A stretch of 64,000 nt of DNA from Candidatus Latescibacterota bacterium. Its GTDB lineage: Bacteria; Latescibacterota; UBA2968; GCA-2709665. Under the pieces are notes generated by a model. It made no database searches, had not been told where the DNA came from, and saw nothing but the letters and a program-made list of their open reading frames with translations. Below, piece by piece: positions 57,902 through 64,000 of this stretch. The translations under genes were made by a program, and so were the position numbers. The stretch lies in NCBI GenBank assembly GCA_963667175.2, contig CAXXXF010000011.1, positions 56,331 to 120,330 on the forward strand. Reading direction: 5' to 3'. Within the stretch, counting starts at the first letter, position 1. Every line of letters begins with the position of its first letter.

Positions 57902-58283
57902 GCGCTTCCCGCCCGATGATCCGCGGGAATGGCTGAACCGCGCCAGAAGTAGCCTGGCAATCGCGAAGAACCGAATTCCTGACGCCTATCTGGAAGACCT
58001 GTGCTTTGAGGCCCAACAGGCTGCCGAAAAAGCCATCAAGTCGGTGATGATTATGCGCGGCATCGAATTTCCGTACGTTCATGATTTAGCCCGTTTGATG
58101 TCAATCCTTGAAGCCAGCGGTGAGCGCATTCCGGAAACGGTTCGGCGTGCCACAAGACTCACTCACTTTGCCACGCACACACGATATCCAGGTTTGGAAG
58201 AGCCCGTTCGTGTGCAGGAATACACGCAATCAGTTGAGATCGCTGGATCCGTTGTTCAATGGGCCGAGGAACGCATACTATGA
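57888..58283 (+). CDS. HEPN domain protein
   Basis: WLNRARSSL, CFEAQQAAEKAIK, HDLARL, TRYPG; overlaps the MNT. Confidence 0.88.
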   Translation: MSPPERFPPDDPREWLNRARSSLAIAKNRIPDAYLEDLCFEAQQAAEKAIKSVMIMRGIEFPYVHDLARLMSILEASGERIPETVRRATRLTHFATHTRYPGLEEPVRVQEYTQSVEIAGSVVQWAEERIL

Positions 58284-58417
58284 TCCACCTTGAATGCAAG
58301 CGTCGCGTCGAAGTCGATTCAGCACGGATTTCGCCGTAGCGGGATCCCGGACAGCACATTTTGCTGTCACTCGGCTGTCCCATTTCATCAAACACAATTT
58401 CCTTTAAGGAGGCCGCA

Positions 58418-58675
58418 ATGAGTTCCTCTGTCACTGTCCGAGATATCGACCCGGCGGACAAAGCCTGGCTCAAACTGGAAGCGCGCCAGGTTGGCGTGTC
58501 GATGGAAGAGTTCATCCGCCGTCTGATCCGTGAGAAGCGCGCCAGGGCGGAGCATCGCGCAACGCCTTCCGAGGCTTTCAGGCGGTATTTTGGACCCGAG
58601 CATGGGGTCGAGTTGCCTGGACCTGGACGCCACGCATATCGGAACGTCGAGTTCGCCGGTGAGAATGAGCCGTGA
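58418..58675 (+). CDS. FitA-like ribbon-helix-helix antitoxin
   Basis: SVTVRDID...LKLEARQVGVSMEEFIRRLI; AAGGAGG RBS; precedes a PIN toxin. Confidence 0.8.
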   Translation: MSSSVTVRDIDPADKAWLKLEARQVGVSMEEFIRRLIREKRARAEHRATPSEAFRRYFGPEHGVELPGPGRHAYRNVEFAGENEP

Positions 58676-59115
58676 ACGCTCCTGTTGGTTGGCTCCTCGA
58701 TACGAATGTGGTATCGGAGATGATGCGCCCGCGTCCAGAGCCGCGCGTGGCTGCGTTTCTGGATGAGATCTCCGACCAGGGAATTGGTCTTGCATCCATC
58801 ACCGTCTGGGAAATCCTCAACGGCATTGGCCGCCTGGACGCCGGACGGAGGCGAGACGACCTCGCCAAGCGGTTCCAGAGACTGCTTGACGATCTCTTCG
58901 AGGATCGGATATTCGATTGGAACCTGGACGACGCCTGGGAGTGCGCTCGTATCATGGAAGAGAAGCGGCGAAGAGGTGAAGCGCTTGAAGACCACCTGCC
59001 GGATGCCTTTCTCGCGGCAACGGCGGCCCGGCGCGGCCTCACTATCGTCACGCGAAACGCAAATGAATTCCGCAACACCGGTGCTGAAGTCGTCGATCCG
59101 TGGGCCGGTGGATGA
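58672..59115 (+). CDS. vapC: VapC/FitB PIN-domain toxin
   Basis: LLDTNVVSE, ITVWEI, DAFLAATA, IVTRN..EF, VDPW. Confidence 0.9.
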   Translation: MNAPVGWLLDTNVVSEMMRPRPEPRVAAFLDEISDQGIGLASITVWEILNGIGRLDAGRRRDDLAKRFQRLLDDLFEDRIFDWNLDDAWECARIMEEKRRRGEALEDHLPDAFLAATAARRGLTIVTRNANEFRNTGAEVVDPWAGG

Positions 59116-59161
59116 CAGTCGGTTTCCATCGGCCGCGTTGCTTGATGGTCAGCCGAACGAG

Positions 59162-59273
59162 TTTTTCAGACGGCGTCTGAAAAATTGGCAGGTGACGAGA
59201 TTCGCCAGGCACTTTCTGGCGAATCTGATCGAGTTCCTCAACACGCGATTTGCCAGACAGCGTCTGGCAAATC
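59162..59273. repeat. Cluster of related hairpins
   Basis: TTTTTCAGAC-GGC-GTCTGAAAAA (59162), GATTCGCCAG-N7-CTGGCGAATC (59199), GATTTGCCAGAC-AGC-GTCTGGCAAATC (59247); related copy at 52695-52720. Confidence 0.7.
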
Positions 59274-59396
59274 CGCTGTCTTTCCGCTCACACGTGGTGA
59301 TCTCGTGGATTGCCGGTCTGTGGCGTCAAATCGCTTTCGTTATTCTTGATAAATCCAGGTTGACGTTGCCGATATTATACAAATCGAGGCGAATTA

Positions 59397-60248
59397 ATGA
59401 CGAATCCAAATGATACGAGGTTCGGTTTCCGTGGATTGGTGTTCGGAACGGTGCTCGTCCTGACCCCCACCGTTCCGACTGTTGCATGCGCACAGGCGTC
59501 CGGCCTGAATATTGAAAACGCCCCCGCGAAGTCCCGATCCGCTTCAATTGCTCGGGAGGATTTTTATTTTCGCGCCGGCGCCGTTCTGGACCTGCGGGCC
59601 AACTCGCGGTTCCAGGACAATGATTGTTTGAGTCAGACGCCGGCGGCACTCTATGGATGCGGAACAGGCGTGGACGGCGACAATCTGAGCGCCTCGGGAG
59701 AATTCGCCAGGGCGCCTGGCTTTGACGTGGGCGCAGGCTACGTTGCAAACAAACACATCCGCGTCGAAGCCAGCGTCCGGTACCGCCCGAAGTTCTCCTT
59801 CAACGGCAACGCCAACTTCGTGCAGACCACGGGCCGGCAGGAGGTCTCGGCCGACGTCTCCTCCCTTTCGGCGCTGGTCAGCGCCTTTGCGGACCTCCCC
59901 GAACGGGGGCCGTTCAGCCCCTTCCTCGGGTGCGGCGGCGGCTTGTCTCGCAATTCCATCGGCGAGACCCGCATGACGTTTCCCAGGACGACCACCATCG
60001 TCCCCGGCGCGAGCCGGACAGGATTCGCATGGATGTTGAGCGCCGGGCTTGCGGTGCGTATCCGGGAAAAGATGACGGTGGACGTGGGGTGGCGGTACAC
60101 GGATTCCGGCGTCGTGGAGACGGGAAGGGCAACGGGCCGAATCGTCTGGCGCGACGGAAGCCGCGAGCCGTTGGAACTCGAACTGGCGGAGACGTGGGCG
60201 AATCTGTCCAGCCACGGACTTCGCATTTCGCTACGTTACGGACTCTGA
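59397..60248 (+). CDS. Opacity-family-like outer-membrane beta-barrel protein
   Basis: Signal-like N-terminus; FYFRAG, GAGY, RVEASVRYR, PFLGCGGG, FAWMLSAG, DVGWRY, terminal LRYGL. Confidence 0.75.
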   Translation: MTNPNDTRFGFRGLVFGTVLVLTPTVPTVACAQASGLNIENAPAKSRSASIAREDFYFRAGAVLDLRANSRFQDNDCLSQTPAALYGCGTGVDGDNLSASGEFARAPGFDVGAGYVANKHIRVEASVRYRPKFSFNGNANFVQTTGRQEVSADVSSLSALVSAFADLPERGPFSPFLGCGGGLSRNSIGETRMTFPRTTTIVPGASRTGFAWMLSAGLAVRIREKMTVDVGWRYTDSGVVETGRATGRIVWRDGSREPLELELAETWANLSSHGLRISLRYGL

Positions 60249-60293
60249 ACCCGCGCTTCGAACCGGAGTGGCTCGATACCTGGGAACCACGGC

Positions 60294-60953
60294 ATGACCA
60301 CGTACAGCGTCTATTTCGCCGGCGAGCTCTTCGACCACAAGCATCTCATCGGCAATGCCATCCTGGCAGAAGCCATCGAGCGCCGCTCCGGCGGGCGGTA
60401 CGCCTGCGTGGTTCCGCAGCATCTCGAACAGGCCACGGAACGGGCGGTCGACGTCCGGAACCAGGACTTGAAGCAGGTCATGGCCTGCGACCTGGGCCTG
60501 TTCAACTTCGACGGCACGGACCTGGATTCGGGCACGGTAGTAGAGTTCATGCTGGCCAAATTCCTGGACATACCGTCGGTCATTCTGCGCTCAGACTTCC
60601 GCTCCTCCGGAGACCAGGACAAGGACGGCGACGACTGGAACCTGATGTGCTCCTTCTATCCCCGCGTCGGGCGGCTCGAGTTCAATGCGATGACCTGGTA
60701 CCAGGAAGCCCGGGACAGCGCCGCCGGCGTGAGCGATTGCACCAGCCGGCTGTACTCCAGAATTGCCTCCGCCGTCATCGAACAACTGGACGCCGTCCGC
60801 GCCGAACCGCCTGTCGCTGAATTCAATGAGGATCGAGTACGCAGTCTGTACGACTGGGCGGCGCGCTTTCCCGGTAACGGACTGGAGGACGTTTGCGGCC
60901 CGGATTTCGTGGACGAGGTGATCGCGTCCAGGCGAAGGAAGGGGCTGCTGTAA
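60294..60953 (+). CDS. Nucleoside 2-deoxyribosyltransferase-like protein
   Basis: VYFAGELF, PQ, D(L)DSGTVVE, DFR, NLM. Confidence 0.8.
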   Translation: MTTYSVYFAGELFDHKHLIGNAILAEAIERRSGGRYACVVPQHLEQATERAVDVRNQDLKQVMACDLGLFNFDGTDLDSGTVVEFMLAKFLDIPSVILRSDFRSSGDQDKDGDDWNLMCSFYPRVGRLEFNAMTWYQEARDSAAGVSDCTSRLYSRIASAVIEQLDAVRAEPPVAEFNEDRVRSLYDWAARFPGNGLEDVCGPDFVDEVIASRRRKGLL

Positions 60954-61071
60954 AGAAACGAAGAGCCGGTCGGTCAATGGAAGCCGTACCAGGCCATTGC
61001 GTCTATATCCTGCTCATCCTGTCCATCCATGTATGTTTATGTCTTTGGATTTTCCGACTCAGGAGCCTGTT

Positions 61072-62214
61072 ATGTACGATATTCCGGGCGGACTGTCCCG
61101 GCTGCAGTCGAAACGGACCGGCCGTTTCTCCTCGTGGGATACGACCGGGCGAAACAGCGACGCGTGGATCATCGAACCCGGCGAGACCCGGGTTCTGTCC
61201 GATATCGACGGCCCCGCGTGCATCACCCATCTATGGTTTACCCAACGCGACCACTACCGCGAGTGCCTGCTGAAGATCACGTACGACGATGCGGAGGAAC
61301 CCAGTGTTCTCTGTCCCCTTGGGGACTTCTTCGGCCTGGGCCACGGTATTGTCAACTCCTACCAGTCGCTGCTGTTTAGCGCGTCGACCAACGACAACAA
61401 CCGGTTCGAAACCGGCTGCTCGCTCAACGCGTACGTACCCATGCCCTTTCGGGAGCGTGGCCTCGTCGAACTGGTCAACGAAAGCCTGGAGCCCCACCGG
61501 CAGTACTTCTATGTTGATTGGGAGACCTGTCCGGACGGACTGCCGGCCGACACGGGGTATTTTCACGCTGAATTCCGGCGGGAAAACCCATTCGGCGGCT
61601 GGGGACACGAAATCCGCGTGAACACACCGGAATCGGACATCATCAATACCGGACGCGAGGCCTGGGAGAACAACTACGTCATCCTGGACGCCGGGGGGCG
61701 CGGCCACTACATCGGCTGCAATCTCAGCGTCACCAACTTCCAGGGGACCTGGTGGGGCGAGGGCGACGACATGATCTGGGTGGACGGGTACAAATGGCCG
61801 CCTGACCTGCACGGCACCGGCAGCGAGGACTACCTGAACCAGGCATGGGGCATGCAGCCCAATGCGTTCCTCCGCAACGGGTCCTCGATCCACGAACGCG
61901 ATACGGACGGTTATCAGACCAGCTACGTGCACCACCTGGAGAATCCCGTACGATTCGAGCGGGAGATCAGGGTGACGATCGAGCACGGCCACGGGAACCA
62001 TCTGTGCAACGAGATGAGCAGCGTGGCCTACTGGTACGGCGACCGGCCCCGCGCCGCCGGCCCGCCGCCGCCGGTGGACCAGCGACTCGCCGTGCGGCGC
62101 GACAACCGCGGGAACTGGCTGTACGACGCGAGATCGCAGACCACCTCGCGCACCGTACCTCTGAATGACGAGATGAAGGACAACAAGGCCCGCTGGAACC
62201 GTGGGAAATGGTGA
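61072..62214 (+). CDS. DUF2961 (GH172-like) protein
   Basis: SSWDTTGRNSD, ITHLWFT, PLGDFFG, MPF, WWGEGDDMIWVDG, GTGSEDY, IEHGH.N, SVAYWY. Confidence 0.88.
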   Translation: MYDIPGGLSRLQSKRTGRFSSWDTTGRNSDAWIIEPGETRVLSDIDGPACITHLWFTQRDHYRECLLKITYDDAEEPSVLCPLGDFFGLGHGIVNSYQSLLFSASTNDNNRFETGCSLNAYVPMPFRERGLVELVNESLEPHRQYFYVDWETCPDGLPADTGYFHAEFRRENPFGGWGHEIRVNTPESDIINTGREAWENNYVILDAGGRGHYIGCNLSVTNFQGTWWGEGDDMIWVDGYKWPPDLHGTGSEDYLNQAWGMQPNAFLRNGSSIHERDTDGYQTSYVHHLENPVRFEREIRVTIEHGHGNHLCNEMSSVAYWYGDRPRAAGPPPPVDQRLAVRRDNRGNWLYDARSQTTSRTVPLNDEMKDNKARWNRGKW

Positions 62215-62611
62215 CCGATGGGTAGAAACGGGCGATAGCAATGATTAGGCAATCCGCTTTAACCGGCGCTCAGTCTCCGCTCTTCAACATCCCCTCCGTC
62301 GCATCGGACCTCGAGCGTCCGGTCGGCGGGCGTCTGCAGCGCAATCAAAAACCGGCACGCCTCCGGCGCCAGATCGCTCCAGCGCATCTGCCACATCCGG
62401 TGCGCGCATGCGCCCGGACCCACGGCAATCGCGGCGGTTCCGACGTGACAGGTCGAGTACCCGGACTCCCGGCGCCGCGCTTCTCTTTGAAAAAACAGAC
62501 TTGACTTTTGAGGCGTCGTTTTCGAAACTATCGGAAAATCCGGACATTTGCTCCAATCAGGCCGCGATGGCGTTCTTTTCGGTTGCAAGACAGTTCGACG
62601 GGGGTCCTCAT

Positions 62612-63501
62612 ATGCGTCTTCGGTTGGTTATCTTGTCCACCGTTTTCGGACTGCAATTGCTTTCTTGCGGTTCGACGACATGCGCACAGGCGGAGCCGTA
62701 CAACCTGTCTCGTTCTGGATGGTACGTCGGCGCCACGCTGGGCGTGAACCGGGCGTCCGACGTCGATCAGAACGGATGGAATCGCGACACGTTCTGCTAT
62801 CCGACGGACGCCTGTTTCGATCTGGACCCCATTCCCCGGATCTCGGGGTACCGCTGGCATTACAACGTCGAACCCGCCCGCGGCACCGCGTTTGAGGTCT
62901 CTTTCGGACGCGTGCTCGGGCGCAAACGCCTGGAGCTATCGCTCGCGCAGAAGAAGAACGGCGTCAGCCAGGTCTTTTCACCAACTACGACGGCGTGCGC
63001 ATGGAGGACCGCCGGGGCGGCACGATCGCCTCCAACACCCGGGCTTCGATTGACGACCTCGTCGTACGCTCGTTTTCGCTCAACGCGTACTACGATCTAC
63101 TTGGTGCGCGCATCGGTATTTCACCCTATATAGGCTTCGGGTTGGGAGCGGCGCAGGTCGTGATGGCCGGGGCGCACTTCTCGAACGACCACCAGGAAAC
63201 ATCGGTCGGCGGCCAGGTTTACGATCCGCCGCTTTCATTCTACAACAGCCGCCAGGATGGAGACCTCTCCGACGCGGTTCCGGTCGGGAGCGTACACGCG
63301 GGCGCTGACTACACGGTCGGCGACAGGACGATACTGGGACTGAAGTTGACGTTCTCGATGACCGGCGGCGCTGAAGTCCGCGGGAAATATTCGACGCATC
63401 CGATGCACAGCCTGGATCCGGACTTCCCAAACCACAATACGTTCGCCGGGGCCCGTCAATGGACGCTGACACTCAATGCCAGGCGGATTTTCGGCAACTG
63501 A
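62612..63501 (+). pseudogene. Second Opa-like beta-barrel, frameshifted near 62975
   Basis: Frame 1 gives MRLRLVIL...GWYVGATLG...RLELSLAQ...QVF; the +1 frame continues TNYDG...SFSLNAYYDL...SPYIGFGLG...AGADY...RRIFGN. Confidence 0.75.
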
Positions 63502-63582
63502 ATCGGCAATCCGGCGACCCGCCGCGCTGGCGACCTGAGAGCACGCTTCAATGCGATCCAGACATCCGTTGCGAGGATTGAC

Positions 63583-64000
63583 ATGGGGAAAAAGGCGAAT
63601 CATCCGGGATTGTCCGAACTCTACAGGCGCGATCCGGACCAGGCCGACAGGCTCCTGTTCGGACGCGAGTCCCATCCCGACCGGCGCGAATTCCTGAAAG
63701 GCGCGGGAATGGCCATCATGGGGGCGATGGTCGGATCGACCATTCCATTCCACCGAACCATTCCCGCACACTTCATCCCATCCGTGTTGGCCTCGGAAAG
63801 GGTTATACGGGGCAAGGACGGGCTGGTTGTGATCAACGAACGCCCGGTCAATGCCGAAACCCCTGCCCACCTGCTGGACGACGCCATTACGCCCACGGAA
63901 AGGCATTTCATTCGGAACAACGGATTTCCCCCGGAGAACACGAATGCGACAGGCTGGAAGCTGACGGTCGACGGCCTCGTGGGCAGGCCGATGACGTTCG
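63583..64000 (+). CDS. Tat-exported molybdopterin oxidoreductase, sulfite oxidase family (partial, runs off window)
   Basis: Hand translation: DRREFLKG twin-arginine motif, RPVNAETPAHLLDDAITP..RHFIRNNG, WKLTVDG; GAGGA RBS. Confidence 0.85.
   Translation, partial: MGKKANHPGLSELYRRDPDQADRLLFGRESHPDRREFLKGAGMAIMGAMVGSTIPFHRTIPAHFIPSVLASERVIRGKDGLVVINERPVNAETPAHLLDDAITPTERHFIRNNGFPPENTNATGWKLTVDGLVGRPMTF

Noticed and set aside
59162-59335. CRISPR array or integron attC sites
   Set aside because: Repeats diverge, spacers are 21 bp or less between the clear copies, there are no RYYYAAC/GTTRRRY ends, and no cas or intI gene is present.
34740-59400. Prophage, ICE or transposon as carrier of the defence island
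   Set aside because: No integrase, transposase, tRNA or att-like direct repeat was recognised.
62259-62588. 109-aa minus-strand ORF
   Set aside because: No motif or RBS support; it may be a remnant but cannot be supported.

Overview
GC-rich bacterial DNA. The PhyH dioxygenases, sugar kinases, Gfo/Idh/MocA enzyme, sulfatase maturase and Tat/outer-membrane proteins suggest a diderm heterotroph; the taxon cannot be fixed from sequence alone. (1) 1-34.7 kb is mostly minus-strand metabolism: a sugar/amine catabolic run (two DegT aminotransferases, three PhyH, FGGY kinases, phosphotriesterase-like, creatininase, DUF1445, enolase-family), an N-methylglutamate-type cluster (mgsABC, sarcosine-oxidase-like BDAG, a GS-like ligase, and a second mgsA/mgsB pair), a radical SAM maturase, a GT4, rhaB and an EndoQ-UvrD fusion. 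(2) About 35-59.3 kb is a lower-GC defence island. It is preceded by two tandem paralogous membrane-anchored Cys-rich proteins. It holds a type-3 BREX locus (brxF, brxC, pglXI, pglZ, brxA) with no brxHII helicase. Instead the locus carries two Schlafen/AlbA_2-HATPase genes and a PHP-ATPase (Ppl-like) interrupted by one in-frame TAA. After it come an ATPase-TOPRIM gene, a DUF499/DUF1156 deletion-scar chimera, an AAA_21+DUF4276 pair, MNT/HEPN/DUF433/VapBC modules and a hairpin array. (3) 59.4-64 kb holds two Opa-like beta-barrels (one frameshifted), a nucleoside deoxyribosyltransferase, a DUF2961 protein and the start of a Tat-exported sulfite-oxidase-family enzyme. No tRNA, rRNA, integrase or CRISPR array was seen. 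Family calls rest on motif recognition, not database searches.
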